DNA of 64,000 nucleotides from Spirochaetota bacterium (GTDB taxonomy: Bacteria; Spirochaetota; UBA4802; UBA5550). The position numbers were made by a program, and so were the translations under genes. Shown here one piece after another: positions 55,590 through 64,000 of the stretch. How positions within the stretch are numbered: position 1 is the stretch's first letter; every line of letters begins with the position of its first letter. The notes beneath the pieces were generated by a model that was not told the DNA's origin, did not search any database, and saw only the letters and a list, made by a program, of their open reading frames with translations. Location of the stretch: assembly GCA_035403465.1 (NCBI GenBank), contig DAONFG010000013.1, positions 1,830-65,829 on the forward strand. The letters are read 5' to 3'.

Positions 55590-56804
55590 TTATATTCTTT
55601 TTCTAAAAATTGCGTCTTTAAGTATGGGCTTATCAAATTTAACACTGCATACCGTGTTGGGTCGCGCCATGTCTGTTATGCGGCCTGACGGATCGGTTAT
55701 TTCAACTACCGTACAGCTTGCATCCATCACGTCCTTCTTTATAGGGTATATCGCTTCCAGCCTGTCACCTGTATAAACCGGATTAAATGTCTTCATGATT
55801 ATTTCTTCGGACTGTTCGCTCCCGGCCTCCCTGTATCCCAGGAATACAGCCTTGTTGATGTAAGGGACGCCGGAAAATTCCCCCATTGCGCCGAACTCGT
55901 TAAACAGGTCGGACGTATAAGGCCTGTGGCTCACCAGGTCAAGCTCCTCCAGCCAGAATGGGACCATCTTTTCAAATTCAGGCGTACCGGCAAGGCTGCA
56001 GGCATGCCTGTATATCCTTGTTGTATTTGCCGCGTGGTAAAGAGATTTCATCCTGCCCTCAATTTTAAATGCGTCAACACCGGCTTCAATGTATTGTTCA
56101 AGTTTATCAACAAGCTGAAGGTCCATGGATGAGAGGATCTCGGTCCCCTTAGCATGTTCTATCACATCAAGGTAGTTGCCCGGCCTCTTCTCCTCTATCA
56201 GGGAATACCTCCACCTGCAGGGCTGCGCGCAGTCACCGCTGTTCGCGTCGCGGCCTGAAAGGTACCTGCTCAGGAGGCACCTGCCCGAATACGCAACGCA
56301 TAACGCGCCGTGTGCAAAAACCTCGATCTCCGCGCCCGTACTATCCTTTATCATCCTGATCTCGTCGAGCGTAGTCTCGCGGGCCAGCACTATGCGGCTG
56401 AAACCTGCATCCATCCAGAACTTCACGGCCCTGCGGTTAAGCGTATTCATCTGTGTCGACAAATGAAACTCCGCATTGATCCCCGAATCTTTCAGTATCA
56501 TGAGCATGCCGGGGTCAGAAACCATTACTGCGTCGAACCCGTAATCCTTTATGCTGCGGATAAATATTTCAGCTTCACGCACGTCAGCATCATGAAGGAA
56601 TGCGTTCATCAGGAACGTGGTCTTTACAGAATGTTCCCTGCAGTATACAGCCGCCTCTGCAAGTTCCTCATGGCTGAAGTTGTCCGCCTGTACCCTGAGG
56701 TTAAACTGGTCACCTCCGAAGTAAACCTCGTCTGCCCCGAATTTTACGGCAAACCTCAGCTTCTCGGGGTTGCCGGCAGGTGAAATTACCATTGCGCGCT
56801 TCAT
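55590..56804 (-). CDS. peptidase U32 family protein
   Basis: The motifs GADEVYFGG...FNLR, HSVKTTFLMN, FDAVMVSDPG, ELEVFAHGALCVAYSGRCLLS and CAQPCRW are typical of U32 collagenase-like proteins. Confidence 0.9.
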   Translation of the reverse strand: MKRAMVISPAGNPEKLRFAVKFGADEVYFGGDQFNLRVQADNFSHEELAEAAVYCREHSVKTTFLMNAFLHDADVREAEIFIRSIKDYGFDAVMVSDPGMLMILKDSGINAEFHLSTQMNTLNRRAVKFWMDAGFSRIVLARETTLDEIRMIKDSTGAEIEVFAHGALCVAYSGRCLLSRYLSGRDANSGDCAQPCRWRYSLIEEKRPGNYLDVIEHAKGTEILSSMDLQLVDKLEQYIEAGVDAFKIEGRMKSLYHAANTTRIYRHACSLAGTPEFEKMVPFWLEELDLVSHRPYTSDLFNEFGAMGEFSGVPYINKAVFLGYREAGSEQSEEIIMKTFNPVYTGDRLEAIYPIKKDVMDASCTVVEITDPSGRITDMARPNTVCSVKFDKPILKDAIFRKRI

Positions 56805-56805
56805 G

Positions 56806-57813
56806 TCAGTTGAGCCTCTGGTTGTCTATGAATCCGTTATTGATACGTTTGATATATTTCTCAACTGCCCTGTTGTGTTCCCTTAGAGTCGCCGAGAAAT
56901 AATGCGACCGGTCGTTCCTTGCCACAAAGTACAGGTACGCGGTAGCAGCGGGCTGCAGTGCGGCCATGATGGAATCGCGGCCGGGACACGATATGGCAGT
57001 GGGAGGGAAACCTTTGTACATGTATGTATTGTATGGTGAATCAATCTTCAAATCATCAAAGTAGAGCCTGCCCCTGAATTTCCTGAGCGCATAACGCACA
57101 GTGGGGTCGCAGTCAAACCGCATGCCCTTCCTGATCCGGTTATGGAAAACCGATGATACATATTTTCTTTCCGAAGGTACAGCTGCCTCCTCTTCTATAA
57201 GAGATGCAAGCCTGACCAGGTCATCAAGTTTCATTCCGCTGTTTTTAATCCTGTCGTAGCCTATACTTTTAATAACATCCCTGAACCTGCCGTGCATGAG
57301 CGCTATCACGTTCCTGGCATCCATATCCTCTGCAAAGACATAAGTATCAGGAAAAAGGTAGCCCTCTGCAGAAACTGAATGAATCCCGGTACTTTCAAGA
57401 AACTGCCTGTTTTGGCAGAATTCAATAAATTCTGACGCAGATGTGATCCCGGCATCTTCAAGCTTCTCTGCTATCTCGTATATGTTATATCCCTCGGGAA
57501 TGGTGACCCTGGAGGTAATCTGACTGCCGCTTCCGAACATAGAAATTACTTCATGGGTCTTCATGCCGCTGTAAATTTTGTATTTGCCCGACTTGTAAGT
57601 GAACCCGGGCCTCGCGCTGCACAGCAGAACAAAAAACCGGGGACTGGTTATAAGCCCGGCCTTATAGAGCTCAGCCGCGACCCTGCGAAGCGCCTGGCCT
57701 TCGTTAATGACAAAAACAGATTCAGCCATGCCCGAAGGAGCTGAATCAAGAATTAACACCGCTGCCGAAACAAGCAGCAAGGCCGCGATTATCACTATCA
57801 GAATTCTTTTCAT
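56806..57813 (-). CDS. mltG: endolytic murein transglycosylase MltG (YceG family)
   Basis: It has an N-terminal TM helix. The motifs are RVTIPEGYNIYEIAEKL, LASLIEEEAAVPSERKYVSSVFHNRIRKGMRFDCDPTVRY and YNTYMYKGFPPTAISCPG. Confidence 0.9.
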   Translation of the reverse strand: MKRILIVIIAALLLVSAAVLILDSAPSGMAESVFVINEGQALRRVAAELYKAGLITSPRFFVLLCSARPGFTYKSGKYKIYSGMKTHEVISMFGSGSQITSRVTIPEGYNIYEIAEKLEDAGITSASEFIEFCQNRQFLESTGIHSVSAEGYLFPDTYVFAEDMDARNVIALMHGRFRDVIKSIGYDRIKNSGMKLDDLVRLASLIEEEAAVPSERKYVSSVFHNRIRKGMRFDCDPTVRYALRKFRGRLYFDDLKIDSPYNTYMYKGFPPTAISCPGRDSIMAALQPAATAYLYFVARNDRSHYFSATLREHNRAVEKYIKRINNGFIDNQRLN

Positions 57814-57822
57814 TTACCCGGT

Positions 57823-58746
57823 CTACCTGAATTTGACATCTGCAATAAATCTATCCATGTTAGGTACCGTTAAATTGTCCACTTTTTTTCCCCTTACAGC
57901 CTTTGCTTCAAATTCAGAAAGCATCTTTTTATTGCCCGCGGCATTTTCAGGGTACTCGCCATATTCTGCAGTATAGAGCGGAATATTCAGTTTATGGGCT
58001 GATTTTGCAGCTTCGAAAATTCCGCCATCTTCCGGCGATTCGACGATAAAAACGGCATTCGAAGCGGCGCATACAAGCCGGTTCCTGGCGTAGGCATTGA
58101 ATTTATTAGCCGGGTCTTCAGGCTTCATATGTGAAACTGCCACAAATCGCTCAGGGTCAAAGACCTGTTTGACCTGTTCGGGGATTGCAAGTTTCATGAT
58201 ACCGCAGGGTAAAAATGCGATCGTGCTGCCGCCGTACTCCAGAGCAGACCTGTGGGCCGTGACATCTGCACCCTGCGCAAGACCGCTTATGATGGTTATG
58301 TTATGCTGCACAAGCTCCCTTGCCGCTGTATAACATATGAATTCGCCCCTGCTGCTTACCCTGCTCTCCCCCAGTATTGCTGCCCCCTGCGTATTAAGGA
58401 TAGATGTATTACCCGCCGCGTAAAGCACGGGAGGAGTAGTATTGCCAAGCCTTTCATGCAGCTTCACGGGATAGAGCGGTGAGAAGAATGGGAGCACGGA
58501 AATACCGGAATCCATGAGCAACAGGTATTCCCGTTCTGCTGCCTCGAGGTTCTTTTCGGCTTCGGCAAATGCCGCGGTCAGTTTATCGTTAAAGTGAAAT
58601 TCATTTTTAATTTCAGCTGCGCTAAGCCCGAAGATGTCTGAAACGGAGAGTCCTGCAGCTGATACCGCGGCATAAATCTCTTTCAGTGCGGCAGTACCGA
58701 TTCCCTGCACCTGGTTAAGGGCAAGCCAGTGTTTTGTACTGTTCAT
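57823..58746 (-). CDS. DprA/Smf-like paralogue (short, no C-terminal winged helix)
   Basis: The N-terminal helix-hairpin-helix-like segment is WLALNQVQGIGTAALKEI. The Rossmann core is ISGLAQGADVTAHRSALEYGGSTIAFLPCGI...ARNRLVCAASNAVFIVES. Confidence 0.75.
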   Translation of the reverse strand: MNSTKHWLALNQVQGIGTAALKEIYAAVSAAGLSVSDIFGLSAAEIKNEFHFNDKLTAAFAEAEKNLEAAEREYLLLMDSGISVLPFFSPLYPVKLHERLGNTTPPVLYAAGNTSILNTQGAAILGESRVSSRGEFICYTAARELVQHNITIISGLAQGADVTAHRSALEYGGSTIAFLPCGIMKLAIPEQVKQVFDPERFVAVSHMKPEDPANKFNAYARNRLVCAASNAVFIVESPEDGGIFEAAKSAHKLNIPLYTAEYGEYPENAAGNKKMLSEFEAKAVRGKKVDNLTVPNMDRFIADVKFR

Positions 58747-58778
58747 GATGATGGGCCTGTCATACCTGCTGCACCGGG

Positions 58779-59114
58779 CTACATGGCGGGATTCTTTATT
58801 CTTTTCTGCACCTGCGCTATCAGGTCAAGGTACTGCCTCTGAATGACAAGGTGATCTTTAAGAAACAGGTTCGCGTCAAGTTCCTTTTTCAGCATGTCAA
58901 GTTCAGCCGCACCGTATGGTTTATCCGCCTCAGGAGAGTTCATGCTTTCACTGAGTTCCCTGCCTATGCGTACCAGGTCAGCAAGAAGCCGCTGTGACGC
59001 AGCATCATCATGCAGCTTTTCCAGGCTCTCCCTGTATTTTAATGTGATCTCGTGACTATTTATCAGATCGGAGAGTTCTTTCGCCTTTTGTATGATCTCT
59101 GAATACTCGTCCAT
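58779..59114 (-). CDS. YlbF/YmcA-family (UPF0342-like) regulator, putative
   Basis: It is a 111-aa all-helical protein. The sequence IIQKAKELSDLINSHEITLKYRESLEKLHDDAASQRLL...LKKELDANLFLKDHLVIQRQYLDL resembles YlbF-type competence/biofilm regulators. Confidence 0.5.
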   Translation of the reverse strand: MDEYSEIIQKAKELSDLINSHEITLKYRESLEKLHDDAASQRLLADLVRIGRELSESMNSPEADKPYGAAELDMLKKELDANLFLKDHLVIQRQYLDLIAQVQKRIKNPAM

Positions 59115-59116
59115 AT

Positions 59117-60040
59117 CTACCAGAGCACATCCATGGGATTAAGAAGCCTGCCGTCATGCCAGAGTGTAAAATGAAGGTGCGGGCCGGTTGAAAGTCCTGT
59201 TGATCCCACCTTGCCTATAAGCTTTCCGGCCTTAACCTGCTGTCCCGGCTTCACACATATCGCAGACATGTGCCCGTAAAGAGTCCTGTACCCGTTGTCG
59301 TGTTCAATCATCACAGCCTTGCCGTAAGCGCCCATCCACCCCGTACTTGCAACACGGCCGTCACGCGACGCGCCTATAAACGTGCCGTATGGCGACGCAA
59401 TATCTATTCCGTTGTGAAACCTTGTGCTGCGGTAGATCGGGTGCTTCCTGTTGCCGAAGAATGAACTGTATCTTCCTCCAAGCGGCGACCTGAACATCTC
59501 CCTGAGGTTGAACTTACCCGCAAGGTTGGCGCTCATGTTCTTCGTCATCGGCCGCGCGTCCCTGATAAAAACTGCCACCGGGTATTTTTCATCACTGAAC
59601 ATATCGCTGATCCATGAAACCAGCGGCCGCTCCTGTACAACAATATCATCATCTGTTACGCCGTAAATCTCTTTCAGGCTGGTAATCTCAGTGGTATCAT
59701 TGACAAATTCAACTATCCCCTGCTCAGATGGAACTATTACCACACGTCCTTCACGGGCCTTCAGGTCATTCCAGAAAAGATTTATGCCTATGAGAGTATC
59801 AATGTTAACATGGTGTTCACGGGCCAGCTTCCAGAAATTGTCACCCTTCTCCACGCTGATAAAATTCAGATTGATCCCGGAGAACGATACCCTCTCCCGC
59901 ATAAATTTTAGGTATTCAGCCTCTGACGCGAAGTAATTCCTGGGGTTTCCGATTATGTCTCCTTTACCCGTGGTACAGCTGAAAATAAGGGCGGACAGTA
60001 TTCCACCTGCGATCAGAACTGTTATTATTTTTTTTACCAT
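59117..60040 (-). CDS. LysM + M23 family metallopeptidase (lipoprotein)
   Basis: The signal/lipobox is MVKKIITVLIAGGILSALIFSC. The LysM segment is VEKGDNFWKLAREHHVNIDTLIGIN. The M23 motifs are HNGIDIASPYGT, YGHMS and GSTGLSTGPHLHF. Confidence 0.9.
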   Translation of the reverse strand: MVKKIITVLIAGGILSALIFSCTTGKGDIIGNPRNYFASEAEYLKFMRERVSFSGINLNFISVEKGDNFWKLAREHHVNIDTLIGINLFWNDLKAREGRVVIVPSEQGIVEFVNDTTEITSLKEIYGVTDDDIVVQERPLVSWISDMFSDEKYPVAVFIRDARPMTKNMSANLAGKFNLREMFRSPLGGRYSSFFGNRKHPIYRSTRFHNGIDIASPYGTFIGASRDGRVASTGWMGAYGKAVMIEHDNGYRTLYGHMSAICVKPGQQVKAGKLIGKVGSTGLSTGPHLHFTLWHDGRLLNPMDVLW

Positions 60041-60136
60041 TATTTTAACCGTGAATGAATTACTAAAATATTTCAATACCATCAGTATCTACCGCTCCTG
60101 TGCAGTATGGGAAACTACAGTCTCCGCCATTACAAA

Positions 60137-60682
60137 TTAATGATTCTTTTTTTCCCTGTGTTTAAGTGAATAAACAAGCTCTTTGAAGAGTTCATAAAAA
60201 TCCTTGAGCTCATCTTTTTCCCTGAGCGGCCTGGGATCGGGCAGTTTGCCGTCAATAATGTCCCTGAAATAATTCGACATAACATAAACAGGACCTGATA
60301 TCCTGTGCGTAATTCTTATGACAAGCAGGTATAGAATCAGACCCTGCACAAGTACGCAAAATACAAGGGAGGCCAGCAGTATCCTGTTATTCCTGGCAAT
60401 CCTTTCTATGGTATTCAGGTTGTTTTCATGACTCTGTGTAAGTTTTCCCAGTGTGGCCTGGTAACTGTCGCCCGATGCGCCTTCAATATTGGCAGCCTGC
60501 ATCAGCTGGAATATGTTATCCTCGATCTGGTATATATTCCCGATTTTTTCATTGTTATAAACCACGCTTGCGGATATTGCAGAAATAATTACAAGCGACA
60601 CCGCTGTTACAACTCCGATAACGGCAAATGCTGTTTTCAGCTGGAACTTTTTATCTATAATCAGCTTTTTACGTTTCCCCAT
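60137..60682 (-). CDS. two-TM membrane protein with HAMP-like cytoplasmic segment
   Basis: The start is MGKRKKLIIDKKFQLK, followed by a TM helix, an ectodomain and a second TM helix. The segment RITHRISGPVYVMSNYFRDIIDGKLPDPRPLREKDELKDFYELFKELV is HAMP-like. Confidence 0.5.
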   Translation of the reverse strand: MGKRKKLIIDKKFQLKTAFAVIGVVTAVSLVIISAISASVVYNNEKIGNIYQIEDNIFQLMQAANIEGASGDSYQATLGKLTQSHENNLNTIERIARNNRILLASLVFCVLVQGLILYLLVIRITHRISGPVYVMSNYFRDIIDGKLPDPRPLREKDELKDFYELFKELVYSLKHREKKNH

Positions 60683-60850
60683 CTGCCACCGCCTGTTAAA
60701 AAATATCCGCACTCTTTATAAATTATCTATAAAAATGAGTCAATCATAATTCCGGAACCGGCAAAACTCTTTTTTCACAAAAATGAGCCTGTTTATTTCA
60801 CTGGTTCTTTTGAAAATACAAAGGAAGGGAAATCACCACCCGCTTCGCTG

Positions 60851-60938
60851 GAGACACGGAGAGCAAGGAGGTTTAGTTTTCTTTCTGCAAAAAACGGCAT
60901 CCATCACTTTTGTCCTTTCTCTGTGCTCTCTGTGCCTC
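60851..60938. repeat. long imperfect inverted repeat (CACRGAGAG-type arms)
   Basis: GAGACACGGAGAGCA (60851-60865) pairs with TGCTCTCTGTGCCTC (60924-60938) at 13 of 15 positions, across a 58-nt loop. It lies between maf and the HAMP-protein gene. Confidence 0.45.
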
Positions 60939-60961
60939 TGTGGCAGATTTAAAATTTATAA

Positions 60962-61561
60962 TTACTGTTCCAGCAGCACATGCTCAAGGCCGGCGTTTAC
61001 CAGCATCGGGAAGAAGAGCCTCAGCGGAAATCCTATGACATTGGTCATTGAACCCGAAACCGATTTTACAATCATGTCGCCGTTCTCCTGGACAGCGTAT
61101 GAACCGGCCTTGTCCGAAAATTCTGTAATATCCAGGTATTTCCCGATAGTATCATCATCAAGCTCCCTGAATGTCACGCTTGTGTGCTCAAGGGCTGTAT
61201 GAATAACCCGGCTCTCGCCTTCAATCAACGCAAGGCAGAGACCGGTTATAACCCTGTGGGTCCTGCCCGAAAGCCTTAAAAGCATTAACACCGCGTCCTG
61301 CCTTGATACAGGCTTGCCCAGGATTACTCCGTCTATTGTCACGATGGTATCAGCGGTTATTATAACCCGGTCGCCGCGGGATTCAGACTGATCCAGGATA
61401 AAACCGGTTTTCTCTTTTAATACGCGGAAAACATATGATTCGGGGGGTTCATTGTCGTGCCGGCTTTCATCAACATCAGGAGGCACAATGGTTACCATGC
61501 ATCCCAGCGATTCCAGAATCTGTTTTCTCCTGGGTGATCCCGAACCGAGTATGATCTCCAT
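60962..61561 (-). CDS. maf: Maf-family nucleoside triphosphate pyrophosphatase
   Basis: The motifs are MEIILGSGSPRRKQILESLG and DKAGSYAVQENG. The start shares one nucleotide with the relA stop (TAATG). Confidence 0.9.
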   Translation of the reverse strand: MEIILGSGSPRRKQILESLGCMVTIVPPDVDESRHDNEPPESYVFRVLKEKTGFILDQSESRGDRVIITADTIVTIDGVILGKPVSRQDAVLMLLRLSGRTHRVITGLCLALIEGESRVIHTALEHTSVTFRELDDDTIGKYLDITEFSDKAGSYAVQENGDMIVKSVSGSMTNVIGFPLRLFFPMLVNAGLEHVLLEQ

Positions 61562-63603
61562 TACTTGAGGACTACCTTCTCGTTTATCTTGTAGGCACTG
61601 ACAACATTCTTTATTTTTTTGATTCTTTTAATAATCTCTGTAAGATGTTCATTGCCTGTTACTTCAAGAATGAACTTGATCAGCGCTTTCTCCCTGCCCT
61701 GCACCTGGGCTTCAACCTTGATAATATTCGACCTGGCGAGTGAAATTTCATCTGTTATATCTTTCAGGAGATTAGGCCTGTCAACTGATTCAACCGCAAG
61801 CTTTACCGGGTACTTTTTGTTTTCATCAGTGTCCCATACAATATTTATAAACCGCTCCTTTTCACTGCTAAGGCGCTCAAGGGATGGGCAGCTCTTCTTG
61901 TGAATCGTAATACCCCTGCCGCGGGTGATAAACCCTGTTACTGCGTCGCCGGGTATGGGCTGGCAGCACTGGGCTAGTTTTATCATGACATTGGATGTCC
62001 CTTCGACGCTGATGCCAACGCGTCCGTCTACCTTGTAATTTTTAAGCCTGAGCTGTTCCTCTTCAGGGATTGAGACGCTGGCCTTGTTAAACTCCCGCTT
62101 TTTCTTCTCCTCTTTTTTCCTGGCCTCATCCTCCCTGGAGGTGTCTTCACTGTTCTTCCTGAGCCAGTTCCGTATCTTGTACCTGGCATTTGCCGACTTT
62201 ACAAATTTGAGCCATGAATCTGAAGGTTTTGCACTCTTCGATGTGAGGATTTCCACTATGTCGCCGCTTTTAAGCTTTGTCCGGAGAGGAACAAGCTTGT
62301 TGTTCACCCTTGACCCGGAACATTTATTCCCCACCTCGGTGTGAATCGCATACGCAAAATCCACGGGAGTTGACCCTGCCGCCAGTTTAACGATCTTCCC
62401 TTTAGGAGTGAATATGAAGATTTCATCTTCGTACAGGTCCATCTTCACTGTTGATACAAAATCACGGGTATTCATGGAATCTATGTTAAAGGTGCTCAGG
62501 CTCTTGAGCATATCTACGTTCTTGTAGTCCTTTTTAGCTCCCCCGCCCTCTTTGTATGCCCAGTGCGCCGCGATTCCCATCTCTGCAGTGCCATCCATTT
62601 CGCGCGTGCGTATCTGCACCTCCAGTGGAAATCCACCCGGTCCGATCACAGTGGTGTGAAGCGACTGGTACATGTTGGATTTGGGGACCGCAATGTAGTC
62701 TTTGAACCTGCCCTCGATAGGGGACCATATTGAATGAATAATACCGAGTATCGCATAGCAGTCACGCACGTCATCTGTGATAATCCTGATCCCCCGGATA
62801 TCATAGATCTCGTCAAAGGACTTTGCGGACTGCTGCATCTTTCTGTATATCGAGTAATAGCTCTTCGCCCTGATCCTTACGTCGACAGTTATATCAAGCT
62901 CATTAAGTTTACCATTTATGATATCCCTGACATACTCAATATAACGCTCGACCTCGTCCTCTTTCTGCGCTATCCGCGCACGTATATCATCCGAGTCCGC
63001 CCTGTTAAGCACATGGAACGAGATATCCTCAAGCTCTGTAGCAACCCTTGATATACCAAGCCTGCGGGCAATCGGCGCATAAATATCCAGGGTCTCCTTT
63101 GCGATACGGATCTGTTTTTCTTCGGGCTGGAACATGATAGTGCGCATGTTATGCAGCTTGTCTGCCAGTTTTATTATTATGACACGAATATCCTTGATAG
63201 TGGCAAGAAGCATCTTTCTCAGGGTTTCGTTCTGCGCGTGGGTTCTTGACCTGTTTTTAAGTGATGAAATTTTGGTAACACCGTCAACAAGCATCGCCAC
63301 ATCTTCGCCGAATTCCGTTTTAAGATAATCAACGGAATACTGGGTGTCCTCGACTATGTCATGAAGGAGTGCTGCGCTTATTGTGATTGTATCGAGTTTA
63401 AGGAGGGCGAGTGTTATGGCAACTTCAAGCGGGTGGATTATGTAGGGTTCTCCGGATAGCCTCATCTGGCCTTCATGAGCATCCTTTGCGACCGCGTATG
63501 CTTTTTTTACGATCTCAACATCAGCATCCGGATCATTCTTGAGAATGAGTTCAATAAGAGTTTCAATATCTCTCCGTCTTATTTTAAATCCGAATGAACT
63601 CAT
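61561..63603 (-). CDS. relA: bifunctional (p)ppGpp synthetase/hydrolase, RelA/SpoT (Rel) family
   Basis: The HD hydrolase motifs are HPLEVA..AALLHDIVEDT, and the synthetase motif is YRSLHTTVIGPGGFPLEVQIRT. A TGS domain (VFTPKG..LP.GSTPVDFAY), a CC motif and a C-terminal ACT-like domain follow. Confidence 0.95.
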   Translation of the reverse strand: MSSFGFKIRRRDIETLIELILKNDPDADVEIVKKAYAVAKDAHEGQMRLSGEPYIIHPLEVAITLALLKLDTITISAALLHDIVEDTQYSVDYLKTEFGEDVAMLVDGVTKISSLKNRSRTHAQNETLRKMLLATIKDIRVIIIKLADKLHNMRTIMFQPEEKQIRIAKETLDIYAPIARRLGISRVATELEDISFHVLNRADSDDIRARIAQKEDEVERYIEYVRDIINGKLNELDITVDVRIRAKSYYSIYRKMQQSAKSFDEIYDIRGIRIITDDVRDCYAILGIIHSIWSPIEGRFKDYIAVPKSNMYQSLHTTVIGPGGFPLEVQIRTREMDGTAEMGIAAHWAYKEGGGAKKDYKNVDMLKSLSTFNIDSMNTRDFVSTVKMDLYEDEIFIFTPKGKIVKLAAGSTPVDFAYAIHTEVGNKCSGSRVNNKLVPLRTKLKSGDIVEILTSKSAKPSDSWLKFVKSANARYKIRNWLRKNSEDTSREDEARKKEEKKKREFNKASVSIPEEEQLRLKNYKVDGRVGISVEGTSNVMIKLAQCCQPIPGDAVTGFITRGRGITIHKKSCPSLERLSSEKERFINIVWDTDENKKYPVKLAVESVDRPNLLKDITDEISLARSNIIKVEAQVQGREKALIKFILEVTGNEHLTEIIKRIKKIKNVVSAYKINEKVVLK

Positions 63604-63715
63604 AAGTTAACCATTCATAACCACTCCGCAGTTTCGTTAATACAGCCGCATGGAAAAAAGTATTACAATTTTATTTATATACGATTCAAGTCAACACATA
63701 TTATCGGGCGGTTTT

Positions 63716-63780
63716 AAAAACTCTGCTTTTAAAACCGCAGAAACCCCGGGGCAATCCGGCAGGGGCTAAGCCCCTTACAC
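63716..63780 (+). repeat. intergenic ~70-nt element, copy D (GGGGC-hairpin family)
   Basis: aaaaactctgc..aaaaccgcagaaacc..CCGGggcaatCCGGcAGGGGCtaaGCCCCTtacac shares AAACC.GCRGAAACC and the hairpin with copy A. It lies between the HAD gene's 3' end and the relA start. Confidence 0.55.
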
Positions 63781-63792
63781 TAAATATTCTAT

Positions 63793-64000
63793 CATGCAAA
63801 ATTATGAAGCAGTGATGCAAGCTCCGCAACATCATTCACAATAAACCCGGGTTCAGCCCTCTCCATTTCATCCCCATCTGCATAACCGTATTTCACACCC
63901 ACAGAGAGAATACCGTTGGACCTGGCCCCCTCAATATCATAGATCCGGTCCCCTATCATGACAGTTTCAGCGGGGTCAGAGCCCGTATTATTTATTATAT
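63793..64000 (-). CDS. HAD-superfamily hydrolase (phosphoglycolate phosphatase-like), N-terminus outside window
   Basis: Manual minus-strand translation gives ...ETVMIGDRIYDIEGARSNGILSVGVKYGYADGDEMERAEPGFIVNDVAELASLLHNFA*. GDxxxD is HAD motif IV. Confidence 0.7.

Noticed and set aside
60783-61202. A 139-aa + ORF spanning the maf-HAMP spacer and running antisense into maf.
   Set aside because: It has no RBS or motif. Half of it overlaps maf antisense and the rest covers the inverted-repeat region.
62040-62200. A Lys/Glu-rich segment in RelA (SEDTSREDEARKKEEKKKREF...), considered as an unusual insertion.
   Set aside because: It lies in the variable linker between the TGS/helical region and the CC/ACT domains, where Rel proteins commonly differ. 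It is not distinctive without an alignment.
1-64000. A search by eye for rRNA, tRNA, tmRNA, CRISPR arrays, transposases, integrases and phage genes.
   Set aside because: I found no cloverleaf-like or spaced direct-repeat pattern, and no recombinase or transposase motifs. tRNAscan-SE, Infernal and a CRISPR finder should still be run, because small RNAs are easy to miss by eye.

Overview
This is a chromosomal window of about 60 tightly packed protein-coding genes plus one decayed gene. I recognised no rRNA, tRNA, CRISPR array, transposase or integrase. The host looks like a motile, probably anaerobic environmental bacterium. No taxon can be assigned from the sequence alone. The FecR-type lipoprotein and the many cyclase, GGDEF and STAS genes faintly suggest a spirochaete-like or related lineage (low confidence).

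Housekeeping blocks:
- corC-recO.
- motA-motB.
- rnr, then argC-ptsI-methyltransferase.
- tig-clpP-clpX-lon on the minus strand.
- A long minus-strand run: relA, maf, a HAMP protein, an M23 peptidase, a ylbF-like gene, a dprA-like gene, mltG, a U32 peptidase and hisS.
- An ssb-like gene, a CoA-transferase, and an Ldh_2/LhgO-like oxidoreductase pair.

Accessory or unusual content:
1. 47666-50981 is a three-gene operon. It encodes a RavA/MoxR-like AAA+ ATPase, an HExxH-peptidase/VWA fusion, and a protein made of six 28-aa repeats that I cannot assign to any family. This is my best candidate for an undescribed system.
2. 37735-42237 is a four-gene envelope operon: a HAMP sensor with a degenerate GGDEF domain, a TPR protein, a putative beta-barrel OMP and a YWTD beta-propeller lipoprotein. 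A GGDEF-EAL gene lies next to it. The island is bracketed by two paralogous ~570-aa acyl-CoA dehydrogenase genes with similar palindromic operators.
3. A GAF/HD-GYP gene is decayed (frameshift plus internal deletion) and sits next to a class III cyclase.
4. A toxin-first RelE/HigB-like TA pair has an operator palindrome.
5. There are two DprA paralogues.
6. A GDPD-fold protein has lost its catalytic residues.
7. A small LigD-phosphoesterase-like ORF is translationally coupled to RNase R.
8. Two families of dispersed intergenic elements are present: a ~70-nt GGGGC-hairpin element (4 copies) and TGTCAT-flanked hairpins (3 copies).

All domain calls are by-eye motif recognition and need HMM or structure confirmation.
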